This document shows, in pieces, positions 50,506-59,758 of a stretch of DNA of 64,000 nucleotides (position 1 is its first letter; each line of letters begins with the position of its first letter). This DNA is from an uncultured archaeon. GTDB taxonomy: Archaea; Asgardarchaeota; Lokiarchaeia; Sigyniarchaeales; SOKP01. The stretch spans positions 32,001 to 96,000 of the forward strand of contig CAZDTP010000005.1 of the NCBI GenBank assembly GCA_964508365.1, written 5' to 3'. The position numbers were made by a program, and so were the translations under genes. The notes under the pieces were generated by a model. It searched no databases. It was not told where the DNA came from and saw only the letters and a list, made by a program, of their open reading frames with translations.

Positions 50506-51756
50506 ATGGCCGTCAATCCTTTTGAAATGGCAAAAAAACAGATTGATATTGTAGCAGAAGTGCTGGATTTAGATCCAAATATTCATAAGTTTTTAAAAAG
50601 AGTAGAACGTTCTTTAATAGTTTCTATTCCAATTATGATGGATGATGGTACTGTAAAAATTTTTGAAGGTTATAGGGTTCATCATTCTACAATCAGAGGA
50701 CCTGGGAAAGGTGGTTTACGATATTCTTTAGGTGTTAATCTTGATGAAGTTAAAGCTTTAGCAACATGGATGACATGGAAAACTAGTCTTTTAAACTTGC
50801 CTTTAGGGGGTTCTAAAGGAGGTATATGCGTTGATCCTTTTAAATTGTCTAAAAAAGAGCTAGAAAGACTTACAAGAAGGTTTACTGCTGAAATTATTAA
50901 TATCATAGGACCAGATATTGATATTCCCGCTCCAGATGTAAATACTAACCCACAAATTATGGCTTGGATAATGGATACATATAGCATGCAAAAAGGACGA
51001 ACGATTACTGGCGTTGTAACTGGAAAACCCGTTGAAATTGGCGGTTCTGTTGGCAGAGCAGATGCTACCGGAATGGGCTTGTATTTTGTACTCCAAGCTA
51101 TGGCTGAAAAACTTAGATTAGAATTAAAGTCCTTAAAGATTGTAGTTCAAGGATTCGGTAATGTAGGAGGTACGATTGCTAATCTACTTTATAAACACGG
51201 ATGTAAAGTTATTGCCGTCTCCGATATTTCAACGGGCATTTGCTGCGAAGATGGTTTAGATGTAGAAAAATTATTAGATTGGGCTAAACAAGGTAATTTA
51301 TTTAAAGATTATAAAAACGAGAATTATAAACTTATTGGTAACGACGAGTTACTTACATTAAAATGCGATGTATTAATCCCGGCAGCTATAGAAAATCAAA
51401 TAACAGAAAAAAATGCGGAGAAAATAAACTGCAAAATAGTTTTAGAAGGTGCAAATGGTCCTACAACACCAGAAGCGGATAAAGTTTTGTTTAAGAAAGA
51501 AATTTATGTTGTACCAGATATTCTCGCCAATAGTGGTGGGGTTTGCGTATCGTACTTCGAATATGTCCAAGATATTAATTCGTACTTCTGGAAACTTGAT
51601 CGTATTAATGAAGAACTTAAAAGAATCATAATTGAAGCATTTGAAGAAACATATAAAATCTCAGAAGAGAAAAAGATACCCCTTCGGACAGCAGCTTACA
51701 TAATAGCGGTATCAAGAATTGCAAAAGCAATTGAATTGAGAGGAATCTTTCCTTAA
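50506..51756 (+). CDS. gdhA: Glutamate dehydrogenase paralog 2 (canonical motifs)
   Basis: RGPGKGG, WMTWK, PAPDVNT, GRADATG, QGFGNVG, EGANGP. Confidence 0.93.
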   Translation: MAVNPFEMAKKQIDIVAEVLDLDPNIHKFLKRVERSLIVSIPIMMDDGTVKIFEGYRVHHSTIRGPGKGGLRYSLGVNLDEVKALATWMTWKTSLLNLPLGGSKGGICVDPFKLSKKELERLTRRFTAEIINIIGPDIDIPAPDVNTNPQIMAWIMDTYSMQKGRTITGVVTGKPVEIGGSVGRADATGMGLYFVLQAMAEKLRLELKSLKIVVQGFGNVGGTIANLLYKHGCKVIAVSDISTGICCEDGLDVEKLLDWAKQGNLFKDYKNENYKLIGNDELLTLKCDVLIPAAIENQITEKNAEKINCKIVLEGANGPTTPEADKVLFKKEIYVVPDILANSGGVCVSYFEYVQDINSYFWKLDRINEELKRIIIEAFEETYKISEEKKIPLRTAAYIIAVSRIAKAIELRGIFP

Positions 51757-51788
51757 ACCAAAATATCGATCTTTTTTTTAATTTTCCT

Positions 51789-53090
51789 TTAGGTAAAAAG
51801 AATAATGATAAACAGAAACCCCATTGCACATGCAATATGAATTAATGCAAAAATAGCTCCAGTTTTTAATAATCGTTTGTATCCAAGATTTTCAACGCCA
51901 TTATCTTGTGCTACCTTAAGTGTCATGAGATCTGCTGCAGCTCCTTGTGGAATCAGATTTCCACCTAAATTAATTGCTATAATAAAAGCAAATAAAAGAG
52001 GAACAGAAGGAAAATTAAATGTAGTAATAAGAGTTTGAATGATGGGTATAAAGATTAATGTAGTAGGGGTATTAGCAACGAAACCTGAAATCAAACTTAC
52101 TAAGATAAGAATAATAAATGCTATCAATATCGGATTAAACGATTCAAAAGGTATAGCAATAAAAATTTCCTGAAAACCGGCTTTTAAAAGACATCCAACA
52201 ATAACATATAAAGAAATAAAGAAAAAGATTATCTCCCATTCAATATCTTTTAATAATTCCCCCATTGGTTTTTTAGTATAGTTCCGATTTACTAAAACAA
52301 GTATTAAGGCTGCGATGATTGCCGTTAAGTACAAAATAGGTAAGATCATAAAAAGCACGATGGTAACAATAAGCGCAAAACTATTGAAATAGAACATCTT
52401 TTTATTTTTGATCATAATATCTGCATCCACGAGTTCTAACACGAATTTCTTGGTTTGTTCGTCAATTTTCGGCTCTTTCGAGAGTATAAAGCGATCTATT
52501 AAAAATATTGTAAAAAACAATAATAGAAAAGAGAAAACCCAATAATATTGGATGAAATATAGTGTATCAAGCCTAAACGCTGTAGAAATGATAATATTTT
52601 CTCCTGACGAGAAGGGTGTGATAATGCTCCCGATGTTTATACAAATAGTCATTCCCATAAGATAAGTACCTGCTCTAATTTTTAAGAAATGACACAATCG
52701 GACAACGACAGGAGCCAAGATTAAAACTACAACAACATCAGTAATGACTGCTGCTAATAGCGTTGTAATCGTACAAAGAAGATAGAGAAAAGTTCTACGA
52801 TTTCCTCTTGATAGTTTAAACAATTTTACTGCTACATATTCTAAAACATTTGAATCTTGTGCGATTTTAGTCAATATGCTCATGCTTAAGATAATAAGAA
52901 TAGCTTCCCATTCTACATCGAGAATAAATACCTTTATATCAATTCCTAATTGAAGACCCGTAATTGTAGCACCCAAAAACATGCAGAATAAGGATATTGC
53001 CACAAAATCTGAGCCTTTTATGGAATAACTTATAATTATTATGATAAAAAGCACTAAAAGAAAAATTAAAAGCGGTAGATTCATCGGCAC
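51789..53090 (-). CDS. ArsB/NhaD/SLC13-type ion or anion permease
   Basis: About 11 TM; INIGSIITPFSSGENII; NLGGNLIPQGAAADL. Confidence 0.85.
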   Translation of the reverse strand: MPMNLPLLIFLLVLFIIIIISYSIKGSDFVAISLFCMFLGATITGLQLGIDIKVFILDVEWEAILIILSMSILTKIAQDSNVLEYVAVKLFKLSRGNRRTFLYLLCTITTLLAAVITDVVVVLILAPVVVRLCHFLKIRAGTYLMGMTICINIGSIITPFSSGENIIISTAFRLDTLYFIQYYWVFSFLLLFFTIFLIDRFILSKEPKIDEQTKKFVLELVDADIMIKNKKMFYFNSFALIVTIVLFMILPILYLTAIIAALILVLVNRNYTKKPMGELLKDIEWEIIFFFISLYVIVGCLLKAGFQEIFIAIPFESFNPILIAFIILILVSLISGFVANTPTTLIFIPIIQTLITTFNFPSVPLLFAFIIAINLGGNLIPQGAAADLMTLKVAQDNGVENLGYKRLLKTGAIFALIHIACAMGFLFIIILFT

Positions 53091-53215
53091 CTAAATGATA
53101 GATTTAATGTTTTATTATTTAAGTTAATAAATACCTTTTAATAAATCTAATTAAAGTATAAGATTTAACATTTTCATTACTATAAATTAAGATATGGATA
53201 TGTATGTAAGTTAAA

Positions 53216-54064
53216 TTACTTGAATAAGAAAAGCTGTAGAAGAAATTTAAATAAGTTTAATTCGTTTAATAGAGTAATATTTGAGATGAGGTAATCAAAG
53301 ATATTTTCTTCGATAAAATAATGTAAAGTTACATAATAACCTTCTTCATGCTTTATCATCTCGGTGATCTTTTTAACAAGATTGATGATTTGCTTCTCTA
53401 CTACAAGCATATCGCAGTTTTTAGGATTTATATTGATAATATTGATGCCAGAATTACGATTAAACGAGAATTTACTTAATTCCGGATTATTTTGAACATA
53501 TTGATGGTTCAAATAATTAGTAAACATGGATTCGATCTGAACATAAATGTTCTCTTTTTTCTCGGTTGTAAAATGGCCTTCAATTACATTTATGAGTAAA
53601 TTTAAAATCTGTTGAAAGACACCTAAAATATCGAAATATTCAGCAATCGTTGATATATCTTCAGCTGTTAACCATTGGGAGTAGTACTCGTCGATAATAT
53701 CTTTAAATGAACTGAAATGTTCGGTGTTGCCTTTCCATAAGCTTTTCCATTCATCTCTATTTTTAGAAACAAATTGTTCTAGGAAAGAATGCTTGATAAT
53801 GTTAAGTCGAGCTTTTAACATGTTTGAACTGATGTTTTTTTCTGAAGTTGCAACAAATAATAAGTTAGCTGATTTTTCCTCCAAATAGCACCATCTTAGG
53901 CCACCCATTTCGATGCTTTCTATCCCCTCTTTTAATTCATAGGTCGTAAACTGGTTTAGGGCAGCTAATAAACCACTTATAAGATCTTCGTCTATTGGTA
54001 AATCCATATAGGGCTTGTATAATAGCGTTATACCGCTTTCTGAATCAAGAATCCAAATATTCAT
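53216..54064 (-). CDS. Longin-like domain protein (Asgard type)
   Basis: MNIWILDSESGITLLY...DEDLISGLLAALNQF...IESIEMGGLRWCY...LLFVAT. Confidence 0.65.
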   Translation of the reverse strand: MNIWILDSESGITLLYKPYMDLPIDEDLISGLLAALNQFTTYELKEGIESIEMGGLRWCYLEEKSANLLFVATSEKNISSNMLKARLNIIKHSFLEQFVSKNRDEWKSLWKGNTEHFSSFKDIIDEYYSQWLTAEDISTIAEYFDILGVFQQILNLLINVIEGHFTTEKKENIYVQIESMFTNYLNHQYVQNNPELSKFSFNRNSGINIININPKNCDMLVVEKQIINLVKKITEMIKHEEGYYVTLHYFIEENIFDYLISNITLLNELNLFKFLLQLFLFK

Positions 54065-54146
54065 AATAGAATGCGTTTTTAGAAATTACTATTGATATAT
54101 AAAAGCACGATTTAATAAATGATTATTTTTAAATAAAATTTAAATA

Positions 54147-54644
54147 TCATTGTAAAAAATCTTTTAGATCTTTGGTTTTGCAATATTTTTCAATGTTCCT
54201 TAACATTTCAGAGATTTTATTTTGCAGAACTAAATCACTTACACCGCCTATAATACTTAAGAAATCGCTACTAAGCGTAAAACTTTCCACAAAAACCCCA
54301 ACTTTTGACTTATTGGGAGATAATGGTTTGATGCGTATTCTTCCCTCCAATTCTCGGATATCTTTATTATTCCTTACATTAAATTCGATCAGATGTCCTT
54401 TACCGGGATCTTGACCCCTATCAGACAGTACCAGTTCTCCTTCCATTTCGATTGGAATTTTTATTACATCTACTTCATCATATATTTTAGTATGTAGTAC
54501 ATTTGGTGCGGTAAATTTTGCTTCCATTTTCTTGGAAGGGTTAATTTCTTCCCAGAATTCTGGTACATAGAGTGCTTTAAAGAGGTTGTTCTCATTACAG
54601 TTATCAATTTCTAAAACTTTCGAGATTTTAGCCGTAATTTTCAC
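54147..54644 (-). CDS. Hypothetical protein, possible START/SRPBCC (CoxG-like) fold
   Basis: Helix-grip-like pattern: N-terminal strand and helix, beta meander, C-terminal helix. Confidence 0.45.
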   Translation of the reverse strand: MKITAKISKVLEIDNCNENNLFKALYVPEFWEEINPSKKMEAKFTAPNVLHTKIYDEVDVIKIPIEMEGELVLSDRGQDPGKGHLIEFNVRNNKDIRELEGRIRIKPLSPNKSKVGVFVESFTLSSDFLSIIGGVSDLVLQNKISEMLRNIEKYCKTKDLKDFLQ

Positions 54645-54851
54645 CTTAATTTATTTTAAGTATGATTTACTTATAAAAATCGAAAGTTTTTAACTTTTTA
54701 TATTAATGAATACAAAAGATAGAATGGTAGCCTCAGACTTCCTTGATTATTTCATCTTTTAGACATTAAATCATTTTTAGTTTGTCATCATTGGCTCTTG
54801 TGCAAATCTCTTCAACTTAAAGAATCAGATTGATTTTAATTTTACTATAAT

Positions 54852-55052
54852 TTATTTATCACGAAATAACATACTTTTACCTAGATTTCGTTCTTCTTTA
54901 CAATTGGGACATACCCAAGTAGCATCGTTTTTTTTTATCGAATTTATGCACATATCACAAATAGCTGTGTCGCAAATGCAGTAATAGCACCTATCTAGTT
55001 TATCTTCACAACTTTTTCCGCATATATAACAATTTGGAGGATTTTTAGACAT
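54852..55052 (-). CDS. Stand-alone C4C4 RING-like Zn finger
   Basis: C8-x2-C11-x13-C25-x-C27-x4-C32-x2-C35-x12-C48-x2-C51. Confidence 0.7.
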   Translation of the reverse strand: MSKNPPNCYICGKSCEDKLDRCYYCICDTAICDMCINSIKKNDATWVCPNCKEERNLGKSMLFRDK

Positions 55053-55134
55053 ATCTATATTACAATTTATATTCTTTTATAATATTCATAATTATATTTA
55101 TTATTAATTAAATTTAACAACATTTCTGAAGATA

Positions 55135-55320
55135 ATGGATAAATTTAGGTCGCGAATTCAAATACTCTCCTTGTTCATAATATTCTTTATGTATAGAGCG
55201 ATTTCAGCAGGAATCTACAATAATGCTCCAGAATTTATACTTTGGTTGCTGATCTCTATAATTTACGCGATCTCTCTTACGATTTTATATATAGTTTTCA
55301 GACAAAGAGAAAATCGTTAA
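55135..55320 (+). CDS. Small 2-TM membrane protein
   Basis: Two hydrophobic helices in 61 aa with basic termini. Confidence 0.55.
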   Translation: MDKFRSRIQILSLFIIFFMYRAISAGIYNNAPEFILWLLISIIYAISLTILYIVFRQRENR

Positions 55321-55375
55321 TTTTATTCTCTGAGAGATAAGAAATAGGCGAACATATATTTAGAGTCGTTTTAGT

Positions 55376-55645
55376 TCATTTATCCCTTTTTTTAAAAATG
55401 TCAGGGATTAAACCCTCTATTCCTAAACTCTTTAACACGCTATCCCTAACATCTACTTGTACCCTCATGTCTTGCATTACTTTTAATGTATCTCCTAAAG
55501 ATCTTGAGAAAGTATCGCTCATTTCCTTAATAGTATCTGATGTAAGTTTTAGAGATTCTCGAATTGATAAGTTAGTTTCATGCAATTCCGCTGTTAACTC
55601 TTCCATTGTTTTTCTCATTTCTGAGAGTTCTTCTTTCAGTCCCAT
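55376..55645 (-). CDS. Small coiled-coil protein
   Basis: Heptad-like LKEELSEMRKTMEELTAELHE. Confidence 0.65.
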   Translation of the reverse strand: MGLKEELSEMRKTMEELTAELHETNLSIRESLKLTSDTIKEMSDTFSRSLGDTLKVMQDMRVQVDVRDSVLKSLGIEGLIPDIFKKRDK

Positions 55646-55806
55646 TTATACTTGAGATTAACAATTATTCTAATAATCTTCTTAAAGTAAGTTTGATTAA
55701 AAGTTTTTTTTATCCTAAAGTTTAAAACATTATCAAATATAATCAATAGTCTTTTAAGAATTCATTATTATATTAGATCAATAATAAGAAGACTCTTGTA
55801 AATATT

Positions 55807-55953
55807 ATGTCAGAATGGAAAAACAGAATTAAAAAGCCAGTTTCAGACGAGTATTACTGTACGGGCTGAAATATTGTTGATGGATTTATACAAATAATCA
55901 ATTCATTAAAAAAAAAACGTAAAGTAAAAAAAGCTATAAAAAATACAAATTAA
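55807..55953 (+). CDS. Candidate 48-aa selenoprotein (CxxU) or nonsense-interrupted small gene
   Basis: MSEWKNRIKKPVSDEYYCTG-TGA(55867-55869)-NIVDGFIQIINSLKKKRKVKKAIKNTN-TAA. Confidence 0.35.
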
Positions 55954-55977
55954 AACAAATCTCATAGATTAAATCAA

Positions 55978-56032
55978 AAATTTTAGGATTTTATCTAAAG
56001 TTCCGCAAGAACTCGAGATTCTACTAAAATTT
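55978..56032 (+). other. Long imperfect stem-loop 24 nt downstream of the CxxU ORF
   Basis: aaattttag/ctaaaattt, atct/agat and agttc/gaact arms around loop cgcaa. Confidence 0.45.
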
Positions 56033-56174
56033 AAAACAAAAGAACTCAAAGCAATTTTTAGATTTATAGGAATTTTCATCATTTAATTTTTAGCGATATT
56101 ATTATTTTTAATAAAAAAATGATAGAACGAAAAATCAAGGTTACTTTCAACAATGATTTTTATTTAAATAGACA

Positions 56175-57539
56175 TTAAACCGGTTTTTTAGCACCTTCTC
56201 CGACTTTCCGGTAAATGAATCCTAATTTTTCAACAGTTTTCTTATCGAATATGTTTCTTCCGTCAATAATAATTGGAGTATTTACTCTTTTTTTAAGATC
56301 ATCCAAATCTATATCGTAATATACAGAATGATTCGTAGTGAAAAGTAAAACATCAGCATTATCAACAGCTTTGTTGAAATCGCTTGTAAGTTCAGTAAGA
56401 TTATAATCTCGCTCTTTTACAAAAGGATCATGGGCTAAATAGATGATATTGTGTGAATGATATCGTGTTTTTAGGATTTTTACAATATTTTCAGTTGGAG
56501 TATTTCGGGTATCGTCAGTATTTGCCTTGTAAGAAACACCTAAAAGAGTGATTTTAATATTGTCTACTAACCGATGCGAGTCTCTAAATACATTTTCCAT
56601 CAACTCGATCATATGATATGGCATGAAATCATTTAATTTTCTTGCATCAGGAATAATTTTCATTTTCGATTCGTTAATTCTTTCAGTGTATTTGTTAAAA
56701 CCGTAAAGTAAAAGCCAAGGATCCTTCGTGAGACAATGACCTCCTACTCCAGAACCGGGATAATGCATCATTCTGTCATGACGGTTATTGATTAAAGGGA
56801 TAATTTCGAATATATTTCTATTAAAATCTTCACATAATAAAGCCATTTCATTTGCAAATGCGATATTCACATCTCTATAAGCATTTTCTATGCATTTTGT
56901 TAGTTCTGCTGTAAGCGTATCAGTTACTTGTAGTTCTTTTTTAACGACCTTACCGTATAAAAATTTAGCTCTTTCATTGGCTTGTTCGCATCCACCTCCT
57001 ATTACGCGAGGAAAATCTGTAATATATTCAATTAATTTTCCCGGCATAACTCTCTCAAACGAAAACACTAAATAAAAATCAATTCCTCTTTTTAGACCAC
57101 TTTTTTCCTCCAATATAGATTGAACAATGTTATCTGTTGTTCCAGGGGCGACCGTAGATTCAATTATTATTGTTGCTCCCTTTTTTATATATTTGGCAAT
57201 ATTTTTGGATACTTCCTTTAAAGAAGAATATCTTGGAACTTTTTCGTCATCAACGGGAGTTTGGACATCAATCAAAATGAAATCAGCTTCGTTTGCATCA
57301 TCGTAGCTATCTGTAACTTTAAATTTTCCTGTTTTTACCACTCTCTCGATTAGTTGATCTAAACCCGGTTCTTCTCCCTCGTAAGGATTCTTACCGTTAT
57401 TAAGCCAATCAATTTTCCATGCTGATCTGTTCGATCTCCGCTGAATTCCTGTAACATAGAAGTCATCAACATCAGCTAAAATTGCTGCCATAGGAATCCC
57501 AACATATCCCATTCCAATTACTACGATTTTTGTTGTCAT
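56175..57539 (-). CDS. Nucleotide-sugar dehydrogenase (UDP-ManNAc/UDP-GlcNAc dehydrogenase family)
   Basis: GMGYVG, ESTVAPGTT, ENAYRDVNIAFANE, GVGGHCL, GVSYKANTDD. Confidence 0.92.
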   Translation of the reverse strand: MTTKIVVIGMGYVGIPMAAILADVDDFYVTGIQRRSNRSAWKIDWLNNGKNPYEGEEPGLDQLIERVVKTGKFKVTDSYDDANEADFILIDVQTPVDDEKVPRYSSLKEVSKNIAKYIKKGATIIIESTVAPGTTDNIVQSILEEKSGLKRGIDFYLVFSFERVMPGKLIEYITDFPRVIGGGCEQANERAKFLYGKVVKKELQVTDTLTAELTKCIENAYRDVNIAFANEMALLCEDFNRNIFEIIPLINNRHDRMMHYPGSGVGGHCLTKDPWLLLYGFNKYTERINESKMKIIPDARKLNDFMPYHMIELMENVFRDSHRLVDNIKITLLGVSYKANTDDTRNTPTENIVKILKTRYHSHNIIYLAHDPFVKERDYNLTELTSDFNKAVDNADVLLFTTNHSVYYDIDLDDLKKRVNTPIIIDGRNIFDKKTVEKLGFIYRKVGEGAKKPV

Positions 57540-57662
57540 TTTCTTAAATTAAAATTGAGTACTATTTTTGAGTTATTAGTGGATTAAATAAATCATAGTT
57601 CAATAAATTATAGATCAAAAAGTAAAAAAAAAGATAAAAAGTTAATTATTTGTTTTTTATAA

Positions 57663-58334
57663 TTACTTCGGTTTCTCCTTATAAGAACTACCTTTTACGG
57701 ATTTAAAGATTATCGCTATTATTGCACCAGCAACAAAGCCGCCTACATGGGCAAAATGAGCTGTTCCAGTTAACTCAAAAGAGAAAAATGCATAAATCAA
57801 TTCCGTAATAAAGTAGGTAATTATAAAGTAACTTGCAGTCACTTTACGCATGTAAGTTCCGGTAGGGAGATAAAACTTATTATTGGGATAGAGTATCACA
57901 TATACTGCCATAAGGCCAAAAATCGCTCCGGACGCTCCAAGTGAAGGGATATATTGTGCTATTGTTGTCCCCCAGAAAGGAATGAAGACCGTACTCCAAG
58001 CGTGAAGCATTGTCGCGAAAATACCAGAAGCGAAATATGTTATTAAATATAGAAGATGCCCCATTGCGTGTTCGCAATTATCCGTAATAACCAAAAAAAA
58101 CCACATATTCATAATAATATGAACGAAATCTCCATGCATAAACATAGAAGTGAAAATAGTCCATAATTTCACTCCTGCAAAGAACTCTGCAGGGACAAAA
58201 GCTGCTTCAATATGCATTTGACCAGAAGGATCCATCAATTGCCAAATGAAGAAACCTATATTCGCTATTAAAATTAAAACCGAAAAGTACTGCTTAAAAA
58301 AAGAAATTTTGTCATCAGTTGCTTCTAATACCAT
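57663..58334 (-). CDS. Rhomboid intramembrane serine protease
   Basis: TSMFMHGDFVHIIMNM, GASGAIFG, AHFAHVGG. Confidence 0.93.
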   Translation of the reverse strand: MVLEATDDKISFFKQYFSVLILIANIGFFIWQLMDPSGQMHIEAAFVPAEFFAGVKLWTIFTSMFMHGDFVHIIMNMWFFLVITDNCEHAMGHLLYLITYFASGIFATMLHAWSTVFIPFWGTTIAQYIPSLGASGAIFGLMAVYVILYPNNKFYLPTGTYMRKVTASYFIITYFITELIYAFFSFELTGTAHFAHVGGFVAGAIIAIIFKSVKGSSYKEKPK

Positions 58335-58489
58335 ATTAAAACATCGATTAGTTATTGTTTGATTAATACTTAAATAAATATATTGATTTAAAGAGTTATT
58401 TAAAATTATTCTAAATAATTAATAAAAAATTGGAAAACTTTATCCAAGGAAATTAAAAATTAAAATACTAATTAATGCTTATTTAAACT

Positions 58490-59674
58490 ATGAAATTAGG
58501 TAAATCGAGTTTAAACGATATAGCAAGGATACAACCAGATTCCGTGAAAAGAAGAAGAATTTCGAGTTATGATGTTTCTGGTGGCAATCATGATTGGGTT
58601 GATATCGAACCAAGGGAAAAGGTTGTAATAGGCGAAGTGAATGATCCAGGTTGCATTACTCATATTTGGTGCACGATTTTATGCAAGTCACGCTATTATC
58701 TAAGGAATATTATACTAAGAATGTATTGGGATAACGAACAAGAGAATTCTCCGAGTGTAGAAGCCCCTATAGGAGACTTTTTCGGATTAGGTCATGCCAA
58801 ACACAAAAATTACGTCTCATTACCGCTCCAAATGAGTCCTCAGTGGGGTAAAGGATTTAATTGTTGGTGGCCGATGCCGTTTTTAAAAGGGTTCAAAATT
58901 ACAGTAGAAAACGATAATTCAAAACCCATGAGATTTTTTTTCTATATCGATTACGAAATATATCAAGAGGGATTTGAAAACGAAAAAGATTATGGCCGGT
59001 TTCACGCTCTCTGGCATCGAGTAAATCCAACAATACCAAAAAAGAAAGATAGCAATACGAGCAAGAAATTTACTAAAACAAAACCTAAAAACTATTGCTA
59101 TGAAGGATGTAACATCGAAGACCCCCAATCTCAGAATTATAAAATTCTCGAAGCCCGAGGAAAAGGTCATTTTGTAGGATGTCATTTAGATATTGATAAC
59201 ATAACATTTCTCCCGTGGTATGTAAATTGGCCAGGTGAAGGCGACGATATGATATATATCGATGAGGATATAGACAGAAAAACTCCCACCTTACACGGAA
59301 CTGGAACCGAAGATTACGTAAACCAGTCTTGGGCGCCATTTCAGAAATATCACGCTCCCTACCACGGTACAATCAAAGCGGGGGGAATAAATTGGTGGGG
59401 AAAAATTTCTTATTACAGATACCACATTGAGGATCCTGTCTATTTCAACAAAAAGATTCTTGTAACCATTGAACATGGACACGATAATCATCGTAAAGAT
59501 GATTGGTCTTCCACTGCCTATTGGTATCAGATAGAACCACACGATCAAGCTTTATTTCCTAACTTATTGGATAAAAAAGGAAGAAAACCACGCTTTCACT
59601 ATGCACATATGGCTAGAAAAACATGTTGTATTGTTTTAATACTTAGTATTGCATACGTTTGGATTTTTTTTTAG
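58490..59674 (+). CDS. DUF2961 / GH172 family protein with C-terminal hydrophobic tail
   Basis: PGCITHIW, EAPIGDFFG, GEGDDMIYID, GTGTEDY, SSTAYWYQ. Confidence 0.85.
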   Translation: MKLGKSSLNDIARIQPDSVKRRRISSYDVSGGNHDWVDIEPREKVVIGEVNDPGCITHIWCTILCKSRYYLRNIILRMYWDNEQENSPSVEAPIGDFFGLGHAKHKNYVSLPLQMSPQWGKGFNCWWPMPFLKGFKITVENDNSKPMRFFFYIDYEIYQEGFENEKDYGRFHALWHRVNPTIPKKKDSNTSKKFTKTKPKNYCYEGCNIEDPQSQNYKILEARGKGHFVGCHLDIDNITFLPWYVNWPGEGDDMIYIDEDIDRKTPTLHGTGTEDYVNQSWAPFQKYHAPYHGTIKAGGINWWGKISYYRYHIEDPVYFNKKILVTIEHGHDNHRKDDWSSTAYWYQIEPHDQALFPNLLDKKGRKPRFHYAHMARKTCCIVLILSIAYVWIFF

Positions 59675-59758
59675 CTTTTTGACTTTATTGTTTAAAAAGT
59701 GAGCTGAAAAAATTAACAAGTGAAAATTATAAGATATAATAATTTTTAACTAATATCT

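Noticed and set aside
56119-56158. ATGA...ATGA segment as a eukaryote-type SECIS core
   Set aside because: The intervening sequence does not form the required upper stem
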